DNA of 62,761 nucleotides, filler included, from Pirum gemmata (Eukaryota): NCBI GenBank assembly GCA_002812295.1. It is 16 parts of 16 records of this genome, joined end to end, with 100 filler letters (N's around TTAATTAATTAA, not from the genome) between each part and the next. Parts side by side here need not be neighbours in the genome. Positions count along the whole stretch, not along the records: positions 31,928 to 36,365 come from PDIN01002525.1; positions 36,466 to 39,912 come from PDIN01002526.1; positions 40,013 to 43,443 come from PDIN01002527.1; positions 43,544 to 48,554 come from PDIN01002528.1; 12 more parts are not named here. One strand, 5' to 3'. Shown piece by piece: positions 34,012 to 44,930 of this stretch (position 1 is its first letter; each line of letters starts with the position of its first letter). The notes under the pieces were generated by a model. It saw only the letters and a program-made list of their open reading frames with translations, ran no database searches and was not told where the DNA came from. The position numbers and the translations under genes were made by a program.

Positions 34012-36093
34012 TTAATTATAGTTGAAAGGTGCTTTGGCCCATAAGAAACCAGGTAATGGGTTGGTAGCCGCACTAGTTGGGTCTTCGAACAGTGGGTTTT
34101 CTGCATTGTTTTTAAATTGATAATCAACAGGACCCACGTTAAAATCACGATCACCTTTTCTCATTTTATGAGCAGTAACAGCACCAGCAACAAGAACACA
34201 AAGACCTATACCCCCTGCGGCAGCACCACCGATTACAGCAGCACTGGGCCCGGCGTTTTTTTGTTCGACTGTAGCAACGTTAGGTAAAACAGTTGTACCA
34301 GCTGTTTCAGTTGTACCAGTTGTTTCGGTTGTACCATTTGTTTCAGTAGCTATGGGTTCAACAGTAGAAGATGATGTATTAGCTGTTTCAGTAGTAACAA
34401 TGGGTTCAGCTGTAGAAGATGTATTAGTGATTGGCTCAACTGGTTCAACTGGTTCAATAGCTGTTTCAGTAGTAACAATGGGTTCAGCTGTAGAAGATGT
34501 ATTAGTGATTGGCTCAACTGGTTCAACTGGCTCAATAGGAATAACTGGTTTACTTTCTGTGAATGGTTTAATAATCCAATCAAGATAATGACCATTCCAA
34601 GTTACCAAAACGTCAAGGTCTTGGTGGGGGAATAGAGAATCCAGTTTATCTTGGAATATCTGGGTTGAACGGCATTTATAATACAAACTGCCATTCTTGC
34701 CATCAGATTTAATTTTCAAAGTTTCAGTTTTCCCACTTTTTAGTGCATGGAACTTGCCATCATCCAACTTAACCCGAGGACTACCACCTATCATACAGTA
34801 AGTATGCTTATTTACTGCTGCAAGACTAAATTTAAAGTCAGCTTGATTATTGACACGATTAACAATAATACTAGCAGTGTTATGTGCATAGTCTGTGGAA
34901 AACGAGGCTTCATTACCATCACAACGGTACCAAATTTTACCAAACCAGCCTTGAGTAACAGTTTGAAAATGATGTTCGCCACTATTGACCTTGGTCCAAA
35001 CCCCATCCAAGTTCACTTCTAATGCTTTATCTGCAGGACAAAATTTAGAAGCAGATGTAACTCGGTTACAACTATTAGTAAATTTACAAACAATGGAGAG
35101 GACATTATCAGCAACTGATCCAACTTTATTCATAGCCATCTCCGCCATAGTAGAAATGCTGATTGCGATAGTACTAATAACAGGTAAAGACAAAATAGAC
35201 GTGGCCACAGCAGCTAAGCCAGTAGCAGCAAAATTACCAGCTGCAAGCGGCATGAACACAGAATAAAGCGGATTTAAATTAAATAATCCGAAACCACTCA
35301 CCACAGAACCAATGTAATTAGCCATTCCTAATAAACCACTCTGTAACGAAGCAACCAAACTAATACTAACCTCTGCTTGCAAATAGGTTGAAACAACATA
35401 ACTGTAATACATTATGTTTGCATTGGCTGCCGAAAGAAATACAGGCAGTTCAGCAGAACCTACAATAGTAGTAGCAGCGCCAGCAACAACAGGAGCTGCA
35501 AATGCAGCAATGGCAGCAATGGCAACGAGAGCAACAGTGGCAATTCCAATTTTTATGGCAGTACTTTTAGAAATAGTCAATCCTCTACCCATTTCAATAC
35601 TTCTTCTTGTTTTAGTAGAAAGTGCATCTGATTTTGCAACAGCTTTGTTAACTACACTTTGTAATTCTTCAGCGGTTTTATTACCGAATTGTTTAGCACA
35701 TTTTAAAGCGGTTTCCAAAATTCTACTAAGATCTGGAATGACATCACCTCCGTTTTTAACATGGTCCAGAATAACTTTTTGTGCATCCTTATCACCTCTA
35801 TGGATACCCTGAATCAATTTCCAGCTGGTTACAACTTGTTCAGCTTTAATTTCTGTGTTGGTTTGACTTCGCCTGTAATTTTTTGAATGAAGAATACCAT
35901 TGCTATAAGAACTTAAACTTTTTAAATCAACGAATCGAGTTAACTGGTCTTCATTAAAGTCTACAAGATTGGATAAATTAGGAGTATCATTTTCGAATAG
36001 TTGGTCTACTAGATTATTTTTAATATTACTATTAACGTCAGCATTGACAGTAGTAGCTAGAGCTGCGGCTATGCATATTAAAGAAAATTGCAT
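34012..36093 (-). CDS. 693-aa type I membrane protein: signal peptide, long hydrophobic Ala/Gly-rich region, two Cys-containing beta repeats, P/E/T stalk, TM, NPLF-x8-NPLP tail
   Basis: Intronless ORF. MQFSLICIAAALATTVNA signal; 26-aa duplication in the stalk; TM AAVIGGAAAGGIGLCVLVAGAVTA followed by HKMRK. Confidence 0.9.
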   Translation of the reverse strand: MQFSLICIAAALATTVNADVNSNIKNNLVDQLFENDTPNLSNLVDFNEDQLTRFVDLKSLSSYSNGILHSKNYRRSQTNTEIKAEQVVTSWKLIQGIHRGDKDAQKVILDHVKNGGDVIPDLSRILETALKCAKQFGNKTAEELQSVVNKAVAKSDALSTKTRRSIEMGRGLTISKSTAIKIGIATVALVAIAAIAAFAAPVVAGAATTIVGSAELPVFLSAANANIMYYSYVVSTYLQAEVSISLVASLQSGLLGMANYIGSVVSGFGLFNLNPLYSVFMPLAAGNFAATGLAAVATSILSLPVISTIAISISTMAEMAMNKVGSVADNVLSIVCKFTNSCNRVTSASKFCPADKALEVNLDGVWTKVNSGEHHFQTVTQGWFGKIWYRCDGNEASFSTDYAHNTASIIVNRVNNQADFKFSLAAVNKHTYCMIGGSPRVKLDDGKFHALKSGKTETLKIKSDGKNGSLYYKCRSTQIFQDKLDSLFPHQDLDVLVTWNGHYLDWIIKPFTESKPVIPIEPVEPVEPITNTSSTAEPIVTTETAIEPVEPVEPITNTSSTAEPIVTTETANTSSSTVEPIATETNGTTETTGTTETAGTTVLPNVATVEQKNAGPSAAVIGGAAAGGIGLCVLVAGAVTAHKMRKGDRDFNVGPVDYQFKNNAENPLFEDPTSAATNPLPGFLWAKAPFNYN

Positions 36094-36757
36094 GATGTAA
36101 GTTTTTCGGTTTAACTTTTAACTTTTTTAAAGTTTTTTTTATCAAAAAAAAATATATATTTGTCAAAAACAAAATATTTTGATTTTTCTGAATTAATTCC
36201 TTCAACGATTTAGTTATATACTAGAACAAAGAGAAAAAATTATTGCTAAATTGAGCTAAATTACCAGTACTAAATTGGAATATATTAAATCAGGCAAAAA
36301 AATCATGTAAAAAAATAAGTTACCCAGCCAAAAATAATTTTTATGTATTTTTTTTTTTTTTTTTTNNNNNNNNNNNNNNNNNNNNNNNNNNNNNNNNNNN
36401 NNNNNNNNNTTAATTAATTAANNNNNNNNNNNNNNNNNNNNNNNNNNNNNNNNNNNNNNNNNNNNATTATAGCATAAGGAAATAAAGTATCTATTTCATA
36501 TATAATATTGCTTTAAGCGCAGGCTCTTTCCACCCCTTTGCTAAAATAATTGCTTTTTATCACTAGGGGAAACGAATACTTTTTTAATAAGTGAATCAGC
36601 ATGAATGAAGCTTTACCGCTCTGTTTTTTTAACGACCTGCTTTTAGGCATTGTCCTTTTATTACTTGTCAATTACAAGATGTTCAAAGAGCCGGGACAAG
36701 TAAGTCAAAATATATAATTCTATCATTTCGAGTATTGAGATAGGTGCAAAAAAAAAA

Positions 36758-39700
36758 TTATTTGAATATCCATATTTCAATACTAATACATTTGAATTCC
36801 GGTGTACTCGAAAGAGTTTCATTGTCAAAAGTGGTACACGGATAAGATAGACCGTTATTTAATTCTCCATCCAGCCAGAACCCAGGTTTTCCGCTATTTT
36901 TTAAGATGTAAAAATTAATTACAACAATAAAACAAAAAACTCAATAGAAATGTAACAAAACCCGTGATAATAATAATAATAATAATAAAACTGAATATAA
37001 AAGGGAACATGAATTAAAATTGCATACACAAAAAGAACTAAACAAGGAAATAGAAAACAAAACAACCAAAACAACCCACAACTTAATTCGAAACTAAACT
37101 AATAAAGTTAATAATTTAAATTTACTTTTCGTTTCCCATAGAAATAGACTTTTCAGTATTATATATCAGAAGTTGATTGTTTTGTGTGAAGTGATATACT
37201 TTGCGAGTTGGCTTGCTCCGGAATAAGAAACTTTCTCCAGTTCCGTAGTATAATTCTGATTTTTTATGCAGCTCCTCTGAACAAAAACACCCAAAAATCT
37301 ATTTAAATAATTTATTATCATAAAGCTTTAAAAAATCACAACATTTTGAAAGAGAACAGAAGAAAATTCAACTACACGCTAATTATACAAACATATTAAT
37401 TGAAAAATAATAGCTTTATAAAACTTACCCAACCCTTTTTATCTTTGCAAACAAGAACACAAGGACCAGTGTCTTTAGACATCCGGAAAATGGTAGCAAG
37501 AGAGAAACCATTTTTAGAACTGCTATACAGAAGATGCCAATCGTTATCAAACAAATTTGGTGGTAAGCTAGGCCGTATCTAGAAGAATACAGCATAAATT
37601 AACATAAAAAGATACCGAGATTAACAAGAAATGGTTATTCAAATGAAAAATAAATACTATGGTGCGAGTAGATAAACAACAACATAAAAATAAAAAAATA
37701 AAAATCAAAAATTAAAAAATATGAAAAGAATGGTTTGTAGCCTAATAATAATACGGTAACATGCAAAAAGGCATACCCAAGACAAAAAAGCATTGTCGAT
37801 AAGCTCCGACTTATCCATTAGCTCGGACTCTCCATAGTCAAAAAGACTTTCTTCTATGGAAGATGAACATACAGCAACCGAGGTATCACTTTTACTCTGC
37901 CGATTTTTTGTAGCAGTAATATCATGATCACTTTTCGACCTTGGCACCACTGTACTCTTTTTCCTGGAGTTATTATTACCTAAAGACAACCTATTAACTC
38001 CAGGAGAAGCTATTGGGGTGCCAATCACCAAAAATCCAAGAAGCCCAGTAAAAACAAAATCAACGCTGTTAATGAGAAAAGATTATATATGTATTATTAC
38101 AAACATAGACAACCAATATGGTGCTTCGAATTCAGCACACTATCGTTGGGATAAATTTTCATCAGTTACAATTTTGTTAAAGGAAATTTTGGCAATAAGG
38201 ATAAGGAAATTACTATGTACATGTTAATTATGATGACAACACTCACATTATTGTTACATATACTATATGAACAAGGTTCAGTTTATATAGCTTTTATTTT
38301 ATGGTGACCATGATCATATTACTGACATAGCGTAACAATGGCTATTATTGTTTTATCGTTTTGGCTTTGAATAAATTAAAGGGATTTGTATTTATTTTTG
38401 TGATTAATATCAATATTAAATTAGCATTTCAATAAAAATTATGTGAATGAAATTATGGAATAAAACATACTTATCTGGGTGAACTTCAATTTTAAAAGTA
38501 TCAATAAAATCTTTATTTTCTTTCATTTTTAAATGTACGCAATTCCCACTTTCCCTTTCGTCTAAAATGAATTTTTTTTCTGAAAAGTTGACTAATAAAT
38601 AATAATAATAATAAAAAATGAGAAATAAAATAATAATAAATACATCTTCTATTAAATCAAATATGACTTTTTAAAAATATATATCAACATAATTATATAG
38701 AATAAGGAATAACTTTCACTTAAATACGAAATAATGTTCACGATAAGTAACAAAGAGCCAGAAAAAATATGATTATAAATTACCAAGTTGTTCACTGGCA
38801 CCAACTGGACACGGGCCTATTTTTACAATACATAGAAAAAAATAGAAAAAAGAAGATAAGTAATTCATAATGTCTAGTTAGTTCAGAAAACAAAGATGTG
38901 TTGTGCTTAAACTTACGACACAAAGTAATAAAAATTAAAAAAAAAAATTCACTCTGAAATTGCTATTTTAACATGCTGGTACTTTTGTCCTTTTCTTTTG
39001 AAGTATGCCATTTTATTAATTTTAATTTATCCCTTATACTTTCCACAAAATCAGGTGCCGTTACTTTGCTAGGTTCACCTACTAATATTAAGTATTGGGA
39101 AATTACCTGGTAGATCTGATGGGTGCAGTGTAATACCAACTATTTTCTTCCCATCAAAAACAATGGTTTGCCCATGAAGTTTTCCTTGAAATATAACAGC
39201 ACCCTCAATAAACTTTAGATTGCCATTCAATAAACCCTAAAATACAAGGAATCATAAACAATTATAAAAAATATGGTCTTAAAGAATAGAATACTTGAGC
39301 TGGATAATAAACAAATGCCCATAAAAAAAGGTTTGCTTTACTTTATGATTTAATAGGCACAAATTAAATAAAAGTAAAAAAAAACAATGTTTAATTTTTT
39401 GAAAACAAGTTTACGTTCAATTTTCAAAAAAAAAAATTAAAAAAAAACACGTTTAATTTTTTGTTAATGAACATCAATTAAATAGAGTACTCATTAAATT
39501 TCCATATATTACATACAGCTTTCACGTTTTCAGTAAGATATATACATCTTATAACACGGTATAAATGGGGAAAACGATGATTCAAATGTTTTACTGATTA
39601 TAAAATAAATATCTCTATTGATCGTAAAAATAAGAAAAAACGGGTAAAATTTCTTACCAATTGCTTATTAAACACTTTTGAAGGAATTGATAAAGGTTTT

Positions 39701-39785
39701 GAAGTTGATGACTTTGTATCTACTATTTCTTCGGAAACTGCTTGCTTTAACTCCATACTTATTTTTTCTTGTGAATGAGAATACT
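36758..39785 (-). CDS. Multi-exon OXR1/NCOA7-like protein (GRAM/PH-like region plus C-terminal TLDc domain); 5' end uncertain
   Basis: Phase-consistent GT-AG exons 39593-39517, 39236-39107, 38816-38784, 38561-38471, 38065-37777, 37578-37429, 37298-37126 and 36893-36758. They give TLDc motifs WHLLYSSSKNGFSL, IFGCF, YYGTGESFLF, FWLDGEL..G.SYPCTTFDN, IEIW. The ORF track largely misses this gene. Confidence 0.88.
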
Positions 39786-40083
39786 CTGCTATGTTAAACA
39801 ACAACGGCGTAAAGAATGAAGTTTAAAAAACAAATAATCAAAAAGTAAATTAAAATTACACCCAACAATAAACAAACAAATAAATAAACAAATAAATAAA
39901 TAAATAAATAAANNNNNNNNNNNNNNNNNNNNNNNNNNNNNNNNNNNNNNNNNNNNTTAATTAATTAANNNNNNNNNNNNNNNNNNNNNNNNNNNNNNNN
40001 NNNNNNNNNNNNATTATTATTATTATTAATATTATTATTATTTTATTACTAATTAAAAAGCAATCACATAACATTAATGATTA

Positions 40084-43000
40084 TTAACAAACTTTAGGTT
40101 TGAAGGTATGTACTTTTTTCCCATTAACTTGAGCAGTGATCTTAAGATGTCCATGGCTTATCTTTGCTTTCACTGGAATATTTAGTCGGTATAAAGTACT
40201 AGCATGACTAGTTGAAGTACCAAGCACCCGTCCAGCACCATGTATAATAAATTGCACATCTTGGTTTTCAACATCCAAATCAGCTTGCATAACAACTGCG
40301 CGTCCTTTCGGAGAACTCATATCTATACACTTTTGATTATTTAGTAAGTGGAGCACTTGAACTTTCTTTTTCAAGTCAGTGCTACTACAAGTATTACCAG
40401 AGTAACCTTCACTGCATCTACACTTATGTCCAACAAATTTTCCAAAAGGAAAATTACAAGCATCATGATCTAATTCGCCCTGACTGCGTTTTCCTAACTT
40501 AGAACCAGTGTTTTGTTCCAATTGCTCCCTAACCTCGCGTAAAGCGTTAGCAACCCATAAATTTTGATGTTGCTTACTTTCCCCGATGTGAGCGTCTGAC
40601 ATACAAATATCTTTCAAACTTTCAGCGTCAAAAAGATTTTTAGAGCTTGCTTCTTTAAATAATTTCAAATCAACAATTTCTTGACACATTTTAACCCCAG
40701 CCTCTTCGTCTTCACTGACATCTCTTCTCCTTCTTTTGTCAACAGTATTAATCATATCAGCAACAGTTATTGCATTTTTTTCAGGTACGCCAGCTTTACA
40801 AACTTTTCCTTCGTAATTTGGAGGAAAAACGGATACCAAATCGTCCTTGGCTCCAAAATAAGAAGATGGCCAAAACGTGTTTACTAAGAAGTCTCTACGC
40901 TGTTCAGAATAATCGTAACTATCGTTTGCTCCGTTTCCATCCCAATCACCACATACACCACCAACGACATTTCCCCGATGTTTTGCCGCTATATTTAAGA
41001 AAATATTGACTAGCCATCCTTCCTCGATTAACCCTTTCTGAGCTGCAAATTTGATTTCTGAACCTTCAGGTAAAGTAAAGATATGTTCATAACCTTCATT
41101 AGTTTTTTTGCGATCGTATCCGATAGTTTCTTCTGGGCCATTTCCTACTACTTTTTTCTTCAAATCAAAGGCTTGCTCGTAAGTGTATTCATCCAAATTT
41201 TTCAAAACACATTGAAAATCATTACTGCCATAATGTGGTGCGTATTCTAATTGTGGTTTTTTACCACCGTAAGAAAGCTGGCAAAAATTATGGTTTTTCT
41301 TGATTTCATAACCAAAACAAGAGTCATTTTTATCACACAATTTTTTGCACTCGTGATTATTAACATTCTCTTTTTTCTCATAGTGAACTCCATGTCCATC
41401 TTTACAGTAATGATGGTCATGTACCTGATAAGTAGGATCAGCAGTTTGTCTTCTTAGTAAGGAAACAGCAGTGTTTTTGTATTGGAACATGGCCTCGTAA
41501 TAACTAGCAACTGGAATTTCGTTCCCCCATTTATCTTCGGGTTTAAAGTAATCAACTACTAATTCTTCGTGATGTCCTAAAATTCTCAAATCATTTGATT
41601 CAAATACTTTTACGTAATCATTTCCGCCCCAAGAGTGCTTGCCACCATCAATTGTGAAAGTATGTGGGTCTCCCTCAGATTTACAAAAGCCAAGTTTTCT
41701 TTCTACTCTTTTAACATTCACTGATTGTTTACATGTAGCAATACTACCATCGATTTCTGGTAACTGATAAACGAGCTCAATCACGCTAGAACGATGTTGT
41801 TTGCATTTGTTATGACACCGTTGTGGTGTTATAAAAACAGTTTCTTCTTTTCCATCTTTAACTGTAACCATACATTCAGAAAGTAAAATGTTAGATTGAT
41901 CTTGAATTACATTAAGAGATACCTCACCGTCAAAACTGGATACAATATCCAAGTCAGAAACACCTTTATTGTCGTCTAAGTGTATGGTGTCAGGGTTTGT
42001 TTTACCATTAATTTTCAATTTTTCTCTATCACAAACTGGTATTGGTTTGTCGCAACATTTAGTTTTACAATCATCAGGTCCTTGGCATGCTACTGAATCA
42101 AAATCAATGTTTTTGTCAACTAAGCCATGCGCTTCACAATCGTCATCCCAAGTTTCACACGTTTGCTTTTCACAACAGGTTTGAACTGTACATTTGTAAT
42201 TTGGACATTCAATATTTTCAAACCCTGGTTTATTCTGATGATCCGCAGGACAAGATCCAGTCCAGTCTTCGCAAGTTGTTGGAGGTTTGTCTGTGCAACA
42301 TTTTTTAGTACATTCACCACCAACGCACTCAATATCACCCTGGTTAGGTTTTTCAATTTGATCTACACCACATTGACCAGTCCACTCTTCGCAAGTAGTT
42401 GGAGGTTTGTCTTTACAGCATTTTTTAGCACACTCATCACCAACGCACTCAATATCGCCCTGGTTAGGTTTTTCAATTTGGTCTACACCACATTGACCAG
42501 TCCACTCTTCGCAAGTAGTTGGAGGTTTGTCTTTACAGCATTTTTTAGCACACTCATCACCAACGCACTCAATATCGCCCTGGTTAGGTTTTTCAATTTG
42601 GTCTACACCACATTGACCAGTCCACTCTTCGCAAGTAGTTGGAGGTTTGTCTTTACAGCATTTTTTAGCACACTCATCACNCGCACTCAATATCACCCTG
42701 GTTAGGCTTTTCAATTTGATCTACACCACATTGACCAGTCCACTCTTCGCAAGTAGTTGGAGGTTTGTCTTTACAACATTTTTTAGCACATTCATCACCA
42801 ACGCACTCAATATCGCCCTGGTTAGGTTTTTCAATTTGGTCTACACCGCATTGTCCATTCCAGTCTTCACAAGTAGATTCACATTCAGGTTCTTGACAGC
42901 ATTTCTGAACACAGTTTTCACCTTTACAGTGAATTTTATCAAAATCAATATTTTCTTTATTAATCAAGTCATGGTTCTCACAGTTATCTTCAACAGCCCA

Positions 43001-43231
43001 CACAGAACAAGTTTGAGGTGGTTTTTTGCAGCATTTTTTGACACAAGCTTTTCCTCGACAATGGATTTTTTCCCAATCTTTGTCATTATCGATTTTTCCG
43101 TGTTTTTCACATGTACTTTTCCAAGTATCACAAGTATGTACCTTGCATTCTTTTTTGTCTTCTTCGTAGTAAGAAGCAGACGAATTTTGGGCGAAAAGTG
43201 TAAATCCTAATAGTACAACAGCGAATTTCAT
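40084..43231 (-). CDS. Secreted protein of about 1050 aa: ~40-aa Cys-rich tandem repeats, VWD domain with an inserted PAN/apple-like module, polybasic site, EGF-like domain (one gene split by an N at 42681)
   Basis: Signal MKFAVVLLGFTLFAQNSSA; repeats TCEEWTGQC...IECVGDECAKKCC; CKSEGDPHTFTIDG and GGVCGDWDGNGAND (VWD); CKKLCDKNDSCFGYE...CQL (PAN-like); KRRRR; CRCSEGYSGNTC (EGF). The two ORFs join inside the repeat array. Confidence 0.9.
42290..42880 (-). repeat. 120-bp coding tandem repeat (about 5 near-identical units, probably collapsed in assembly)
   Basis: The unit repeats at exact 120-nt intervals (e.g. 42361, 42481, 42601) with a single N junction. Confidence 0.92.
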
Positions 43232-43726
43232 TATTATTATAATAGAACAGTTAATTACAAATTACCCAACTATTATTTTTATTATTTTTATTATTTTTAT
43301 TTTTATTATTTTTATTATTTTTACTATTTGTTTGTTTTGTTTGTTTTGTTTTGAAAATATAAAAAACTAATTTGATTTTCAGCTTTTATAGAATTTTTGT
43401 TAATTCTTTTTTTTTTTTTTCGTTTTTTTTTTGTTTTTTTTTTNNNNNNNNNNNNNNNNNNNNNNNNNNNNNNNNNNNNNNNNNNNNTTAATTAATTAAN
43501 NNNNNNNNNNNNNNNNNNNNNNNNNNNNNNNNNNNNNNNNNNNTTAAAAATGTCAATTTAAAGATTATAACCCTCCAAATAAATACTCTTAAGTGACAAA
43601 ATAAATGAAAAGCACGATACCATATTGATATTGATAAGGTATCGATAGGCCGTAGCTCAACAACTAGCTCAACCTGGTATCATAATATTATTATCTATAG
43701 ATAATATTAGGTCTATTATTATCATA

Positions 43727-43925
43727 TCTATTTCATTACAGTTGTCCTTTCTATCTTTAATTTGGTACCGTTTAATTGTATAATTGAACTTTTTTATAAA
43801 TATAATATTACTATATAAAATATCAAATTAATTAAAACATGACCAATTAATTATATTTTGGTAAAAGCTTAATTCAGTTTTTGAGCCAGAGCCAGAGCCA
43901 GACAACACTAGTGAAAAACACGATA
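43727..43925 (-). mobile_element. MITE family B copy (inverted)
   Basis: TCTATTTCATTACAGTTGTCC...TGAAAAACACGATA. Confidence 0.8.
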
Positions 43926-44151
43926 GTCTAGCTAGTAGACTAGCTGTAGTAGTAGTAGATAGACCTAACAAGTATGATGGCAAGGGTAAGCCTCAAGGAG
44001 TCCTCAAGGGTAGTAGATACTAGATAGACCTAATAAGTATGGTGGCAAGGGTAAAGTGGTAATCACTCGAGCTCGAGCTCAATCTTGACAATCTATTATC
44101 ATCGATATCGATATCGATATGATTATGATCTATCCGATAGTTAGGCTAGCT

Positions 44152-44250
44152 GAGCGTTCCGGAAATCAACGTCGAGGAGTAGGTAGGTAGGGGTATTTGA
44201 AGCTGTATTTGACCGGAATTTGGCGTTACGTAGTATTTGAACGCTCCCTT
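44152..44250 (+). mobile_element. Family E copy with internal deletion
   Basis: GAGCGTTC...TATTTGAACGCTCCCTT, both termini visible. Confidence 0.75.
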
Positions 44251-44334
44251 ATCTGATATCAGGTTACCATGATGGGACAGAATTATCGGATAGTACAACA
44301 TTATCAATATAAATAAAACATTTCTGATAGTTTT

Positions 44335-44436
44335 ACCCTAACCCTAACCCTAGCCCTAGCCCTAACCCTAACCCTAACCCTAACCCTAACCCTAACCCTA
44401 ACCCTAACCCTAACCCTAACCCTAACCCTAACCCTA
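44335..44436 (+). repeat. Interstitial (CCCTAA)n
   Basis: About 16 near-perfect units in the middle of a scaffold. Confidence 0.92.
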
Positions 44437-44895
44437 TTTTTGTTGCATTTTTATTATCAATAAATAAACCCATTACGGAATATATGCATATGGGGTTGTT
44501 GAATTGTATTTATGAATTATTACGTTATTGACACAAATACTGTACTATTTAATTATTGTAAATGACGTAATATTTTATATTCTATGTTGTTATACCAGAA
44601 ACATTATGATGTCTAATACTAATTTCCCAGGATATCATTGAACTTTGATATATAAGACATTGTATTACTACTTATTATATCTTAATTAATAATATACATG
44701 TATCATGTTTTTCAATAGTGTTGTCCAGTTCAAAAACTGAAATAAACGTAAAAAATTATAATTATGGTTAAACTATCAGACATGTTTTAATTAATTTGGT
44801 ATTTTATACTTAATATTGTATTTTATAAACACGTTCAATTATACACTTAAACAGTACCAAATTAAAGACTACTACTACTACTACTACTACTACTG

Positions 44896-44930
<35 letters not shown>

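Noticed and set aside
39079..39106. 28-nt mini-intron in the OXR1-like gene
   Set aside because: The same donor joins in phase to the exon at 38816, and the sequence after the nearer acceptor has no clear phase-supported continuation.
42647..42714. Frameshift or pseudogene in the VWD gene
   Set aside because: The shift occurs at a single N inside near-identical 120-bp repeats, so it is an assembly junction.
43648..43680. tRNA-like GGCCGTAGCTCAA / TAGCTCAACCTGGTA
   Set aside because: Only a D-arm/A-box-like fragment; no anticodon arm, T-arm or acceptor stem follows.
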